Source: Candidatus Scalinduaceae bacterium (GTDB lineage: Bacteria > Planctomycetota > Brocadiia > Brocadiales > Scalinduaceae). Taken from it: 50,263 nt of DNA. The position numbers and the translations under genes are program-made. How positions within the stretch are numbered: position 1 is the first letter of the stretch; every line of letters starts with the position of its first letter. The stretch spans positions 1 to 50,263 of the forward strand of contig JBHICG010000019.1 in NCBI GenBank assembly GCA_046759445.1, written 5' to 3'. The notes under the pieces are model-generated. The model did no database searches. It was not told where the DNA came from and saw only the letters and a program-made list of their open reading frames with translations. Shown piece by piece: positions 9,883 to 21,114 of this stretch.

Positions 9883-11001
9883 ATGGGAAAATTCAATCTA
9901 GTTGATTTTGCGGCACAATATCAACGGGGATTTCGTAATAATGTAGTACATATTTACGAGGTTCCTGAATTGATGAAAAGGTATAAATATTTTGAGTGTT
10001 ACTCAACTTTTTTTTTATATTCACATGATATCCTGAAATATATGCGGGAGAATATAGTTGGTGGCCACCCTTCCATTAGTGGTTATGAAGGTAAGATAGG
10101 TGCTACATATTTCCCTATGGATATAGATTCGCCAGATTTGAACCTGGCGTTGGAAGTAACAAAGAAAATGGTTAGTTTCTTAACTGAAAAGTGGGGTATT
10201 CAAAAGGAAGCCTTGTTGGTTTATTTTAGTGGCCATAAAGGTTTTCACATAATGTTAGACATTAGGGTCTTTGGGAGGGTTAGGCCATCGAAATATCTGC
10301 ACCTGATCTTTTCAAGAATGAGGCATAATCTTGTTAAGCAGCTCAAAATAGTTGATGTCTCTGCCTTTGATATGACGATTAAGGATAGGGTGCGTTTATT
10401 AAGGCTCCCTAATACAATAAACAAAAAATCACGCCTGTATAAGGTTCAGATAATATTAGAAGACATCAACCACCTTTCCTTAACGGATATCCTGTCGTTT
10501 GCAAGAACTCCGCGTCCGCTTTCTTATGTGGATGAAACGGGCATAATTTCAAACGTAAGGCTTATCAAAGAAAATCCATATGCCGTAAAATGCTATAAGA
10601 ATGCTAAATATCTTGTTAGAAGAAGTATAAGGAAGGAGTTTGAGTATCGCTTTACATTAAGGGATGATGATCCAGAAAAGGTTCTTTGCCCTGCAATGGT
10701 CAATATATGGAAAAGTCACATTGATGTTGGGTACAGGAATAATTGTGCAATAAGATTGGCTTCTCAATTCCGATTAAGCGGTTTTAGTAAAGAAAAAACG
10801 GAGGAGCTTATATTGTCGTGGAATAAGAGAAACAGGATAGGATTATATAAGGAGGAGGTAAGAAGGACGGTACATTCAGCGTATGTGCATAGGTTTCCTT
10901 ACCGATACGGATTTCGAGATGAAATAATAAGGAGGTTCTGCCCTTTTAAAAATATAAATGACTGTGAATGTTATCAAAGATTTATTGCACGGAAGGAATA
11001 G
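9883..11001 (+). CDS. Archaeo-eukaryotic primase (AEP/PrimPol) with PriCT-like C-terminal domain
   Basis: MDID (motif I), FSGHKGFH (motif II), D..RLLRLPNTIN (motif III); C-terminal GYRNNCAIRLA..WN..EEVRRTVHSAY; ATG 9883 follows AAGGTGG. Confidence 0.8.
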   Translation: MGKFNLVDFAAQYQRGFRNNVVHIYEVPELMKRYKYFECYSTFFLYSHDILKYMRENIVGGHPSISGYEGKIGATYFPMDIDSPDLNLALEVTKKMVSFLTEKWGIQKEALLVYFSGHKGFHIMLDIRVFGRVRPSKYLHLIFSRMRHNLVKQLKIVDVSAFDMTIKDRVRLLRLPNTINKKSRLYKVQIILEDINHLSLTDILSFARTPRPLSYVDETGIISNVRLIKENPYAVKCYKNAKYLVRRSIRKEFEYRFTLRDDDPEKVLCPAMVNIWKSHIDVGYRNNCAIRLASQFRLSGFSKEKTEELILSWNKRNRIGLYKEEVRRTVHSAYVHRFPYRYGFRDEIIRRFCPFKNINDCECYQRFIARKE

Positions 11002-11062
11002 ATTCGCTATTTATTAGACACGAATATTTCCAATATTTCAATGAATGACTAAATATTTAGTT

Positions 11063-12559
11063 TTATACATCCATCTCCGTCTGGATGTAAAACATATTGT
11101 CTCTTTCTGTTAATTCAAAGTCATCTTTGGGATTTATAAAAACTTCTCCATCTCTCTCCACTGCGAGTGGAAGCCAATTGTATGACGGATTACGGCAGAA
11201 TGACCATAGGTCACGAAATGTTTTGAATTCTCCATTCAGCTTATTTGCGGGTACTTTCATGATGTTGTCCTGATTATAGGCGATTAAGGTATTAACCAGT
11301 TTTGAAGTGCCGGGATTAATAATGGAATTTGACAAAAGGCCTCCAGTTATATTGTCACTGACGATGATTTCGATATTATTTATTGTCTTTCTAAGTATAT
11401 TTGCGTTTTCTGTGTTCAAGAGTTGGACGATCATGTAAATATCCGGGTTGTGGTTATGGATCAGATTACACGCCAAAAAGGACCGTGCATCTATGCTCTC
11501 ATCGCTAATCCCCCGAAGCTCTTCAGCGACAACGATTACATAACTTGCGTTTTTAATATTTACGTCCTTTAATATCCCCTCCTTGGCAAAATCGCCATGT
11601 TTTACGATTACGTTTTTAGCGTCGATTTCCTCTAATGGTTTGAGGGTTACGGCTACTATATCCCTTTTTTGCCCATCAGGGTGTTTTTCCAGCACCTTCA
11701 TAAATTGCTCTGCTGAATTATTCCAACCACAGATAACGATATGATTTTTAAAGTTTTGCATGTTCAATCTCTCCTCTTTAATGGAAATAAATTTTTGAGT
11801 TATTGCGGATGCAAGGATACCGGAAGGCAAGGCAATTGAAACAACTGCGCACAGCATTAACAAGACAGCAATAATACGTCCTGCATCAGTCACCGGTACC
11901 TTGTCGCCATACCCAACCGTTGTTATTGTAACAAAACTCCACCACATGGCGTCGCTAAGGGATTGGAAATTTCCTCTAGGAACACCTTTTTCAATAACAT
12001 AAATAAAGGTAGATGAGACAATGACAACAAGAATAATGAAGCCAAGTACAATACCCATCTCAAATACGTGTGTCCGTAATACCGAAAATAGACTTTCAAT
12101 ACTATGACTGTATCGGATGAGTTTAAAAATTCTAAGTAATCGGAATATTCTAAAGGCCCGAAACACTCGGAACATTGGAAGTATCGCCAGTAGATCAATA
12201 ATGCTCATAGGCTGGATCATATATTTTGCCTTGTTTCGTGCCACGATATATAATCCAGTTAGAACCTTTAACAACGAATTCCTGTTTGGGGAACGTAAAG
12301 CTTTTTTAAAATCTTTCCTAATACTGCTGCAAACCCAGAGACGCGATAGATATTCTACGATGAAAATAATCAGAATGACATCATCCACAACAAATGGATT
12401 AGTCCATGGAACTTTCTGTCCTGTTTCTATCTCAAACAGTAAAAGTATAACGGAAACAATAACCAAAAGCATCATAAACAGGTCGAAATACCGTTTCCCC
12501 TCATACGACCTGTCGTTCATAAGACGGTTTGTTTTATTTTTCAGTATTTCATATGTCAT
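11063..12559 (-). CDS. 6-TM potassium channel with C-terminal RCK (TrkA-N) domain
   Basis: TTVGYGD selectivity filter, Arg-rich S4 (FRVFRAFRIFRLLR), HIVICGW Rossmann RCK start. Confidence 0.92.
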   Translation of the reverse strand: MTYEILKNKTNRLMNDRSYEGKRYFDLFMMLLVIVSVILLLFEIETGQKVPWTNPFVVDDVILIIFIVEYLSRLWVCSSIRKDFKKALRSPNRNSLLKVLTGLYIVARNKAKYMIQPMSIIDLLAILPMFRVFRAFRIFRLLRIFKLIRYSHSIESLFSVLRTHVFEMGIVLGFIILVVIVSSTFIYVIEKGVPRGNFQSLSDAMWWSFVTITTVGYGDKVPVTDAGRIIAVLLMLCAVVSIALPSGILASAITQKFISIKEERLNMQNFKNHIVICGWNNSAEQFMKVLEKHPDGQKRDIVAVTLKPLEEIDAKNVIVKHGDFAKEGILKDVNIKNASYVIVVAEELRGISDESIDARSFLACNLIHNHNPDIYMIVQLLNTENANILRKTINNIEIIVSDNITGGLLSNSIINPGTSKLVNTLIAYNQDNIMKVPANKLNGEFKTFRDLWSFCRNPSYNWLPLAVERDGEVFINPKDDFELTERDNMFYIQTEMDV

Positions 12560-13103
12560 AGTATCTATTCTAAGTAATGGTTATTAACGTGTTTTCCAAG
12601 TAGTTCCCAATCTTTGCACATATATTTGGATATTATTCACCACTCAGCAAGGTCTGCGTATGGGAGGCGGATTTAGTTCTTAGCCAGAACTTGCTCAGAC
12701 TGAAAAAAGCCCCCTTAATCTTCTATTAAATATTAATTTATTGCTAAAATCATGCCTAAAGGATTACTTAAATAAAATCTTCCTATCTAAAGAAATATTT
12801 TAGTAAATATTAATAAAATAAAGAGTTATCAATAGGTAATGAAAAATAATATTCTTAGACAAGACATCTCTATTATCTTTGAATTATTTTGTGGGAAATA
12901 TTTTCCATTTTCAGGTGATAAAAGCACGAGACAGTACCTAACTCATAACGTAGCCACCGTTTGTAAGAGATGATAAAAACGAAAGATATTGCATCTTTTT
13001 AACAAATGTATAAAATAATAAATCTGTTTTGTCTTGAGTTACGGGAGTACAACAGAAAGTTTGAGTTTCAAATATAAACGTTTGTATAAAAGGATGGAGT
13101 ATT

Positions 13104-14300
13104 ATGGTAATTTTTGAAGGATTCAACAGAAGAGTAGCGAAATGGTTCATAAAGGACTTTGATAATACAGATAACAAACTTGTGCGAATCAATTATGGTG
13201 TAGTCGCTGGCTGGTTTGGGGTTTATGCAACCATTGCGCTTTTCGTAGTGAGGATGGCCCTCGCCCTCTCATCAGGGTCTGTATCAGTGATTGCAAATGC
13301 ATTTCATCTCCTCTCACACCTGGCCAACTCAATTATCCTTGTAGTCAGCTTCAAGGTGACTGCTCGTCCAGCTACAGCGAAGAATCCATTTGGTCACGGG
13401 AGAATGGAGCATATATCTCCGCTTATTATGTCCATATTTCTGTTTATTTCAGGTATACAGATAGGCGAAACTTCACTCCACCAGGCAATTGAACCTCATG
13501 AGCTACACTATTGGCCTGCGTTGCCATGGATACTTCTCTTTACAATACTGGTAAAACAGTGGCTTGCGCGGTTTGTCCGCTATCTGGGAGAGATAATTGA
13601 TTCTCATGCGATCCTTGCAAATGCAGCCCATCAGAACATTGAGTCAGTAATGACCCTTACGGTTATAGGGGGCTTGATAGCGGGTAATCACCTTCATCAT
13701 CCTGAGGTGGATGGCTATATAGGTATCATGGTGTCAGCCTGGTTGTTTTATCTGGGTTATACCCATGGACGAGAGGCTATTGTGCCTCTGCTTGGACAAG
13801 CTCCCAGTAAGGATATTATTAGGAAAATTCGAGAGACTGCAAAATCAGTTGAAGGTGTCGAAAATATTCACGAGATTATTGTGCACGATTATGGCTCCAT
13901 GTACTTGATTTCCCTACATGTAGAGATACCTGAAAGATATGGTCCTATTGAAATGCATGAAATAACGGAGCGATGTGAACGAAAGCTAAGAGAAACCTTC
14001 GGTGGTGAAGCGGTGTGTCACATGGATCCTGTGATGGAAAAGACTTCTGAGATTCGAGCGGTAGAAGACAAGTTCAAAGAGATTCTGGAAACCTTTCCCC
14101 AGATTGTTTGCTATCATGACTTTCGTGTAGTTGCAGGAACGCAAGGAAGAATTATCATTGTGGCCGACATCGATTTAATAGAAGAAGTAACTGAAGATAA
14201 GTTCCGTCAGACCTCTAAGGATCTGGAAGCAAGAGTAAAAGAGGGAATCAAAAATGTACTATACTGCAGCTTTTATGTAACACCAAAGTTTGCATACTAA
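13104..14300 (+). CDS. Cation diffusion facilitator family transporter
   Basis: PFGHGRMEH, six-TM pattern, VHDYG and VCHMDP in the C-terminal dimerisation domain. Confidence 0.88.
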   Translation: MVIFEGFNRRVAKWFIKDFDNTDNKLVRINYGVVAGWFGVYATIALFVVRMALALSSGSVSVIANAFHLLSHLANSIILVVSFKVTARPATAKNPFGHGRMEHISPLIMSIFLFISGIQIGETSLHQAIEPHELHYWPALPWILLFTILVKQWLARFVRYLGEIIDSHAILANAAHQNIESVMTLTVIGGLIAGNHLHHPEVDGYIGIMVSAWLFYLGYTHGREAIVPLLGQAPSKDIIRKIRETAKSVEGVENIHEIIVHDYGSMYLISLHVEIPERYGPIEMHEITERCERKLRETFGGEAVCHMDPVMEKTSEIRAVEDKFKEILETFPQIVCYHDFRVVAGTQGRIIIVADIDLIEEVTEDKFRQTSKDLEARVKEGIKNVLYCSFYVTPKFAY

Positions 14301-14388
14301 ATATTAATGGAACTCTGCATGAGGAAAAAATGTGAACAAACATAAACGTTTACGGGAATGCAGATTTGTTGATTCTTGCAATATCTGC

Positions 14389-15120
14389 TCAAATAAGATA
14401 CTCCAGCAGCAATCGGATGGAAATCAGAGTGAGAATTGCTTTAAAGATAATTGTAAAGTGTTTTCTGGAAAGCTTGTTGAGTAGTCTTTTCCCGATGATA
14501 GTGCCTGAAACCAGGAACATACTGAGTATCAAGATTAATGGCCAGTAGTAAAAAACGTTAATTCCAATAAATCCAAACAGCGGGATTTTTAGAATATGGG
14601 TAATGAGCTGTACTGTGGCTTTAGTAGCCACGAGTTCTTCCTTTAAAATATCATTCCTGAGAAAGAAGGGAGCAATAAAAGGGCCTATTGCTCCAAAAAA
14701 TATTCCTATCACTCCAGCCATAAAACCCACTGAAATAAATACTTTAAGGTTGGAATCCCTGCTTGATTTGAATCTTGGCAAATAAATAGAAATCAGTATA
14801 AACAGAGCCATGATGAACCTGATAGTAGATTTTTCTAATAGCGAAAACGTGTAAATGCCGAGCAGAATTCCGGGTATGATACCAATCAGAAAATAGCCCG
14901 TAATCTTCCAGTTTATGTATTTCCAAAAAATTGTGACCCTGGTGCTGTTGCTGATGAGCTGTAAGGCTGCGTGTAAGGGTATTACATATTCGGTTTCTAC
15001 CATCAATATGATTACGGCTAAGAGCAGTGTTCCCCCTCCCAGCCCTGTGGCTCCACCGATGATGGAAGCCAGAAGAGATGTAATACTTAATACAAGTATT
15101 GTAGCAAGTGTTAGAGACAT
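14389..15120 (-). CDS. Sulfite exporter TauE/SafE family protein
   Basis: GATGLGGG, GIFFGAIGP, ~8 TM. Confidence 0.85.
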   Translation of the reverse strand: MSLTLATILVLSITSLLASIIGGATGLGGGTLLLAVIILMVETEYVIPLHAALQLISNSTRVTIFWKYINWKITGYFLIGIIPGILLGIYTFSLLEKSTIRFIMALFILISIYLPRFKSSRDSNLKVFISVGFMAGVIGIFFGAIGPFIAPFFLRNDILKEELVATKATVQLITHILKIPLFGFIGINVFYYWPLILILSMFLVSGTIIGKRLLNKLSRKHFTIIFKAILTLISIRLLLEYLI

Positions 15121-15220
15121 ATGATACTTTCATTAAATAAGAATGAATGTATTCTAGGATATAAATGAATTTGATTAAAGTATAAATATTTTTTGTAAAG
15201 ATTGGGCATTTAATTTGAGT

Positions 15221-15249
15221 TGACAGTTTTTCTCAAATTTGGTTTAATC
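15221..15249 (+). promoter_or_regulatory. Putative sigma70 promoter of secA
   Basis: TTGACA-N17-TTTAAT about 35 bp upstream of the ATG. Confidence 0.5.
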
Positions 15250-15283
15250 AAAATTTAGTATTTTTTGAGGTATAAATTGTAAA

Positions 15284-17887
15284 ATGAGCATTTTCACAAA
15301 AATATTTGGTTCTTCTAACGAGCGAATTCTAAAAAGTCAGAAGCCAATAGTTGACCATATAAATTCACTTGAAAGCAGGATGCAAGGTTTAACTGACGCT
15401 GAGCTTAGGCAAATGACAGACAAATTTAGAGAAAGGTTGGTTTCGGGAGAGACGCTGGATGACCTTTTGCCAGAAGCGTTTGCTGTTGTGAGGGAGGCCA
15501 GTAGAAGGGTGTTGATTGTCCCTAATCCAGATAGTCCATATAAGACAATGAGGCATTTTGATGTCCAGTTGATAGGTGGTATAGTATTGCATCAAGGAAA
15601 AATTGCTGAAATGGCAACTGGAGAAGGAAAAACTCTTGTTGCAACTTTGCCAGTATATCTCAATGCACTTGAACGTAAAGGCGTACACATAGTTACCGTA
15701 AACGATTATCTTGCCAGCAGGGATATGAATTGGATGGGACCTATGTATGAATTTTTAGGTCTTTCGTCAGGTGCAATACAAGGCAACCAGAGTTATGAAG
15801 AGAAGAAAGCCGCCTACAAAGCTGATATTACTTATGGAACTAATAATGAGTTTGGATTTGATTACCTGCGGGATAATATGAGAGTGCATCGTGAAGAACA
15901 GGTGCAGGGGGAGTTGAACTATGCTATCGTCGATGAGGTTGATAGCATCCTGATTGATGAAGCCAGGACACCCTTGATTATCTCAGGTCCTTCTGAAGAA
16001 TCAACCGAAAGATACTATGTTGCTGATAAGATTGCAAGAAGGCTGAAAAAAGGAAAGCATTATGAAATAAAAGAAAAAGAAAAAAGTGCGCACTTAATTG
16101 ATGAAGGTATAAGCATTGTTGAAAAACAACTTGGCGTTGACAGTATTTATGCAGATATAAATATGGATTGGCCCCATTATATTGAACAAAGTTTACGTGC
16201 ACATAGTTTATTTAATAAAGATACTGATTATATTGTACGGGGAAGAGAAGTTATTATAGTTGATGAGTTCACGGGTCGATTAATGGAAGGCAGGGTTTGG
16301 AGCGACGGTCTTCATCAGGCAATTCAGGCAAAGGAGAGGCTAAAGATAAAGGAGGAGAATCAAACACTTGCTACGATTACGCTTCAGAATTATTTTAGAC
16401 TTTATAATAAACTTGCTGGAATGACCGGTACAGCTTTTACCGAGGCAACAGAATTTGACAAGATATACGGATTAGAAGTTGTTGTAGTACCAACAAATAA
16501 ACCAATGGCTCGCCATAATTATCCAGACAAGGTTTACCGTACAGCAAAAGAAAAATATGATGCCATAGGCGAAGAAATAGTAGAAATACATGAAACAGGC
16601 AGGCCTGTATTAGTTGGAACGATTTCAATAGAAAAATCAGAGATGCTCAGCAATATGCTTAAGAGGCGCGGAATTGAACATGAGGTTCTTAATGCCAAAC
16701 AGCATGCACGAGAAGCTACCATAGTTGCAAAAGCGGGTCAAAATGGGAATGTTACCATTGCAACAAATATGGCTGGGAGAGGAACAGACATAGTTTTGGG
16801 TGAGGGTGTTGCAGAATTAGGAGGCCTTCACATATTAGGGACGGAAAGGCACGAGGCGAGACGAATCGACAATCAGTTACGTGGACGCGCAGCGCGTCAG
16901 GGAGATCCGGGTTCGTCACGATTCTACGTCTCAATCGAAGACGATTTGATGCGCATTTTTGCACCAGAGAGAGTGAGTTTAATACTGAAAAAGTTTGGTA
17001 TGGTTGACGGTATGGCAATAGAACATTCCATGATAACTAAATCAATAGAAAGGGCGCAAAAAAAGGTTGAGCAACATAACTTCGAAATACGTAAGAATCT
17101 GCTCGAGTATGATGAGGTGATGGACGAACAAAGGAAGACTATTTACACATGGCGTCAAAAGGTTCTAAAACTGGAAAATCTCAGAGAAGATTTGCTTAAA
17201 ATGATTGAAGAAAGTATCCAGGATTCTATAGATTATTATCTTAATCCAAAATTACACAGTTCTGAGTGGGATTTGGGTGGTTTAATCAACTGGTATAACC
17301 AAAAATTTGGTATAAAAATAGACATAAAAAAACCGGATGAAGAAACAAAGGAAGAAATTGAGAATCTACTAATCAGTAAGGCCTTTACGGCTTATGAAGA
17401 AAAAGAAACTGAAATTGGTAAAGATGATCTCAGGAAAATAGAACAAATTCTCGCACTGGACAAAATTGACACTAAATGGAAAGATCATTTATATGCAATG
17501 GATCACTTGAAGTCAGGTATAGGTTTGAGGGGTTATGCTCAGGTTGATCCAAAGATAGAGTATAAACGTGAGGCATTAATTATGTTCGAGAGTATGTTGG
17601 CGTCTGTAAGAGAAGAGGTTACAGATCTTATATTTAAGATACGGTTCAAACCAGAAACAATAAGCCGTTATAAAGATGTATGGAATGCCAATAACTTTAT
17701 TTACCAGGACTCATTAAATCTCTTACCTGAATCTTCAATTCCTAGCAGAAAAAGACCTGAACCTTCGGTTGCAGGTAATCAAGAGGAGCAAAAACTTGAG
17801 CCGGTACGTGTTGGTTCAAAAGTAGGTAGAAACCAGCCTTGTCCTTGTGGAAGTGGAAAAAAATATAAACAATGCTGTGGTCAATAG
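15284..17887 (+). CDS. secA: Preprotein translocase subunit SecA
   Basis: MATGEGKT, DEVDSILIDEARTPLIISG, RRIDNQLRGR, SEC-C motif CPCGSGKKYKQCC. Confidence 0.99.
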   Translation: MSIFTKIFGSSNERILKSQKPIVDHINSLESRMQGLTDAELRQMTDKFRERLVSGETLDDLLPEAFAVVREASRRVLIVPNPDSPYKTMRHFDVQLIGGIVLHQGKIAEMATGEGKTLVATLPVYLNALERKGVHIVTVNDYLASRDMNWMGPMYEFLGLSSGAIQGNQSYEEKKAAYKADITYGTNNEFGFDYLRDNMRVHREEQVQGELNYAIVDEVDSILIDEARTPLIISGPSEESTERYYVADKIARRLKKGKHYEIKEKEKSAHLIDEGISIVEKQLGVDSIYADINMDWPHYIEQSLRAHSLFNKDTDYIVRGREVIIVDEFTGRLMEGRVWSDGLHQAIQAKERLKIKEENQTLATITLQNYFRLYNKLAGMTGTAFTEATEFDKIYGLEVVVVPTNKPMARHNYPDKVYRTAKEKYDAIGEEIVEIHETGRPVLVGTISIEKSEMLSNMLKRRGIEHEVLNAKQHAREATIVAKAGQNGNVTIATNMAGRGTDIVLGEGVAELGGLHILGTERHEARRIDNQLRGRAARQGDPGSSRFYVSIEDDLMRIFAPERVSLILKKFGMVDGMAIEHSMITKSIERAQKKVEQHNFEIRKNLLEYDEVMDEQRKTIYTWRQKVLKLENLREDLLKMIEESIQDSIDYYLNPKLHSSEWDLGGLINWYNQKFGIKIDIKKPDEETKEEIENLLISKAFTAYEEKETEIGKDDLRKIEQILALDKIDTKWKDHLYAMDHLKSGIGLRGYAQVDPKIEYKREALIMFESMLASVREEVTDLIFKIRFKPETISRYKDVWNANNFIYQDSLNLLPESSIPSRKRPEPSVAGNQEEQKLEPVRVGSKVGRNQPCPCGSGKKYKQCCGQ

Positions 17888-17982
17888 AATTGATAAACAC
17901 TTAATCACTTATGTTTTAGTTTTTCCTTAATTTGCAAAATTTAATAAACCGAATATTATCACATATTTATTGATTATTCAGA

Positions 17983-19305
17983 ATGCCCATAATCTTTGAT
18001 TCAATTTATTTGACGGCATCAGTGGTAATTGCGCCCTATATGCTGTTTAAGATGTTAACAAGCGAACGTCATCGTTCTGGGTTGTATCAAAGATTTGGAA
18101 TGGTATCAGAAAGAAAAAGTGAAAAACCCGGTATCTGGGTGCATGGGTCCTCAGTAGGAGAAGTTATTACTGCAAAAGGAATTATAGAGAAGATCGACGA
18201 GGAGCTGCCTGAATGGGAAACGTTTATATCAACTTCAACGAATACGGGTTTTTCTGTAGCAAAGCAAAATTTCGGCAATAAAAACGTTTTTTATTATCCT
18301 ATAGATTTAAGCTGGATAACAAAAAAAGTACTTCGCCAATCTAATCCAAGTTGTATACTTTTAATTGAACTTGAATTGTGGCCAAACTTTTTAGTGTCAG
18401 CTTATGAGAAAAATATTCCCGTAATCATTGTTAATGGGCGGATATCCAATGAGTCTTATAGGATGTACAGGGCCATCTGCCTTTTTTCAAGGACCTTTTA
18501 TAATAGCTTGACTAATAAGATGAATGTATATTGTGCCAGGACAGAACTTGACGCACAACGTTTTTGTGATTTAGGCATACCGAATAATCAGGTCATCGTT
18601 ACCGGCACAATGAAATATGACAATATTCCGACCCATATTGATGAAGGTAATAGCAAGAAACTGGCAGATCTATTTCATATAGGAGACGATGATTTAGTAC
18701 TTATAGGGGGGAGTACACATGAAGGGGAGGAGGAAATTCTGCTCAGGGTATTTAAACGGCTGAGGGAAACCTATACGAACTTGAGGTTAATCGTGGTACC
18801 AAGACACATTGAAAGAGCCGGGGATGTTTCGAAGTTGATAGAGAAAATGGGTTTTGTTCCACGGCTAAAAACTGTTATAGAATCAACAAATTATAAATGG
18901 CAGAGTATAAAAAAGGAGGTTATATTAATAGATACAGTAGGTGATTTGGGGAAAATATATTCGTTGTCAAGTTTTGTTTTTGTTGGAAAGAGCCTTGTGC
19001 CATTTGGAGGCCAGAATATGATGGAACCGGCAGGTTTGGGGAAGCCTGTGATTTTTGGCCCGCACGTATTTAACTTTAAAGAAGAAGTTGACTTGCTGCT
19101 TCGAAATGAGGCCGCTAAAATGGTTGAGTCAGAAGATGAACTTTTTAAGACAATTGAATTTTTAATTGAGAATCCTGAAAGGGCAAAAGAGATGGGAATT
19201 AAGGCACAAAAGGCGGTTAATGAAAAAAGAGGTGCGACTGAGAGAAATATGGACGTAATAAGGAAAATATTAGAAAACAAAAGTAGCGGAAGACGGGGCA
19301 ATTAG
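17983..19305 (+). CDS. kdtA: 3-deoxy-D-manno-octulosonic acid transferase
   Basis: WVHGSSVGE, ELELWPN, GSTHEGEE, VPRHIER, GGQNMMEPA. Confidence 0.95.
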   Translation: MPIIFDSIYLTASVVIAPYMLFKMLTSERHRSGLYQRFGMVSERKSEKPGIWVHGSSVGEVITAKGIIEKIDEELPEWETFISTSTNTGFSVAKQNFGNKNVFYYPIDLSWITKKVLRQSNPSCILLIELELWPNFLVSAYEKNIPVIIVNGRISNESYRMYRAICLFSRTFYNSLTNKMNVYCARTELDAQRFCDLGIPNNQVIVTGTMKYDNIPTHIDEGNSKKLADLFHIGDDDLVLIGGSTHEGEEEILLRVFKRLRETYTNLRLIVVPRHIERAGDVSKLIEKMGFVPRLKTVIESTNYKWQSIKKEVILIDTVGDLGKIYSLSSFVFVGKSLVPFGGQNMMEPAGLGKPVIFGPHVFNFKEEVDLLLRNEAAKMVESEDELFKTIEFLIENPERAKEMGIKAQKAVNEKRGATERNMDVIRKILENKSSGRRGN

Positions 19306-19398
19306 TAAATTGCCTTAAACCTTTCAAACTTATTATGGCAGTTCAACGAAAATGATTGAATTTTAACAAAAACTTTTTAAAGAAAAAGAGAGGGATGT

Positions 19399-20568
19399 AT
19401 GAAGAAGGGAAGACATTTGTTTACATCTGAATCAGTATCTATGGGACATCCTGATAAAATCGCAGACCAAATATCCGACTCAATTCTGGATGCAATTTTA
19501 GAACAGGATCCGATGGCTCGTGTAGCATGTGAGACAATGGTTACAACGGGACTGGTTTTTGTTGCCGGTGAAATAACTACCAAGGCTATTATATCCGTAC
19601 CGGACATTGCTAGAGAAACCATCAAAAGGATAGGTTACAACGATTCGTCAATGGGGTTTGACTACAGCACATGTGCCGTTATGACGGCAATTGATAAGCA
19701 ATCTCCGGATATTTCGCAAGGTGTTTCTGAACAGGAGGGTTTACATAAGGAACAGGGTGCCGGTGATCAGGGAATGATGTTTGGCTTTGCCTGCAATGAA
19801 ACAGAAGAATTGATGCCATTTCCTATATGCATGGCTCATCGTTTGGTAAGTAAACTTGCAGAATTAAGGCAAACTGGAGTTCTTATATACCTTCGTCCTG
19901 ATGGCAAATCACAGGTAACCGTTGAGTATGAAGACAGTCAACCGATAAGGGTAGATACAGTTGTTATCTCCACTCAACACTCTCCCGATGTAGGGCATGA
20001 TAGAATAAAAGAAGACATAATTGAGAAAGTTATAAAAGAAGTTATTCCTGCAAAGTACTTGGACGATAAAACAAACTTTCATGTGAATCCCACCGGTCGT
20101 TTTGTAGTGGGAGGACCACAGGGAGACTGTGGCTTGACTGGACGGAAGATAATCGTTGATACTTACGGGGGCAGGGCAAGGCATGGTGGTGGAGCCTTTT
20201 CCGGAAAAGATCCTTCAAAGGTCGACCGCAGCGCTGCTTATGCAGCCCGTTATGTTGCCAAAAATATAGTAGCCGCGGGACTTGCGGATAGATGTGAAGT
20301 TCAATTATCATATGCCATTGGCGTTCCTAAGCCTGTATCCGTCCTTGTTTCAACCGAACATACAGCCAAGATTCCGGAATCAAAGATTGAAGAACTGGTT
20401 GAAAAACACTTTGACCTTACGCCAAAAGGCATTATTGAACACCTAAAATTGAGACGTCCTATATTCAAGAATACTGCCTGGGATGGTCATTTTGGAAGAA
20501 CGGGAGACGGCTTCACATGGGAAAAAACAGATAAGGCCGTAATCCTGAGAAAAGATGCAGGTCTGTAA
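19399..20568 (+). CDS. metK: S-adenosylmethionine synthetase
   Basis: [35 protein letters not shown]. Confidence 0.99.
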   Translation: MKKGRHLFTSESVSMGHPDKIADQISDSILDAILEQDPMARVACETMVTTGLVFVAGEITTKAIISVPDIARETIKRIGYNDSSMGFDYSTCAVMTAIDKQSPDISQGVSEQEGLHKEQGAGDQGMMFGFACNETEELMPFPICMAHRLVSKLAELRQTGVLIYLRPDGKSQVTVEYEDSQPIRVDTVVISTQHSPDVGHDRIKEDIIEKVIKEVIPAKYLDDKTNFHVNPTGRFVVGGPQGDCGLTGRKIIVDTYGGRARHGGGAFSGKDPSKVDRSAAYAARYVAKNIVAAGLADRCEVQLSYAIGVPKPVSVLVSTEHTAKIPESKIEELVEKHFDLTPKGIIEHLKLRRPIFKNTAWDGHFGRTGDGFTWEKTDKAVILRKDAGL

Positions 20569-20652
20569 CATAAAATCCTTCAGTTGATAATTTATACAAA
20601 ATAGAGCAAGCGTCAATACTGTTAGGCATAGCAAAACCACATGTCTTATTGA

Positions 20653-20970
20653 ATGGCGTGGGAGTCTCTGGTGGACATTGAAAAAAAAGATGTAGAATTT
20701 GGAAGGTATACTCTGTTATTCGTTACCTTGTTCGGCTGTATATTTGTTTCTACGGTCTTCTGGGGTTTCTTCTCAGGGCCAACGTTGTACAAGATTCTTT
20801 TCTCTTTCTTGTTCATTATCATTTACCCCGTGTTGGCGTACATATCGTTCCTGCTTATGAATTTGGCCGCCGAATGGGCGCTAGAGGAGAAGAGCCATCC
20901 TGCATCTGCAGCATTAGCCAATATGGCTTCCTTTTTGGCTCCTTTTTTGTATTATTATGGCAATAATTAA
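20653..20970 (+). CDS. Hypothetical membrane protein
   Basis: 105-aa ORF with 2-3 hydrophobic segments; no family recognised. Confidence 0.5.
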   Translation: MAWESLVDIEKKDVEFGRYTLLFVTLFGCIFVSTVFWGFFSGPTLYKILFSFLFIIIYPVLAYISFLLMNLAAEWALEEKSHPASAALANMASFLAPFLYYYGNN

Positions 20971-21114
20971 CCGGCTGTTTAAGTGAAGTCTAGAAGTTTT
21001 GCTTTCGATATTGTTGGAAAAGAAGTAGGTGTGCAATGGGGTTACATAAATTATTGTAATGAAATATGCTGAAAATTGCCACAATGAAAGATTTGATGAC
21101 TCCTTAAAGTAATT

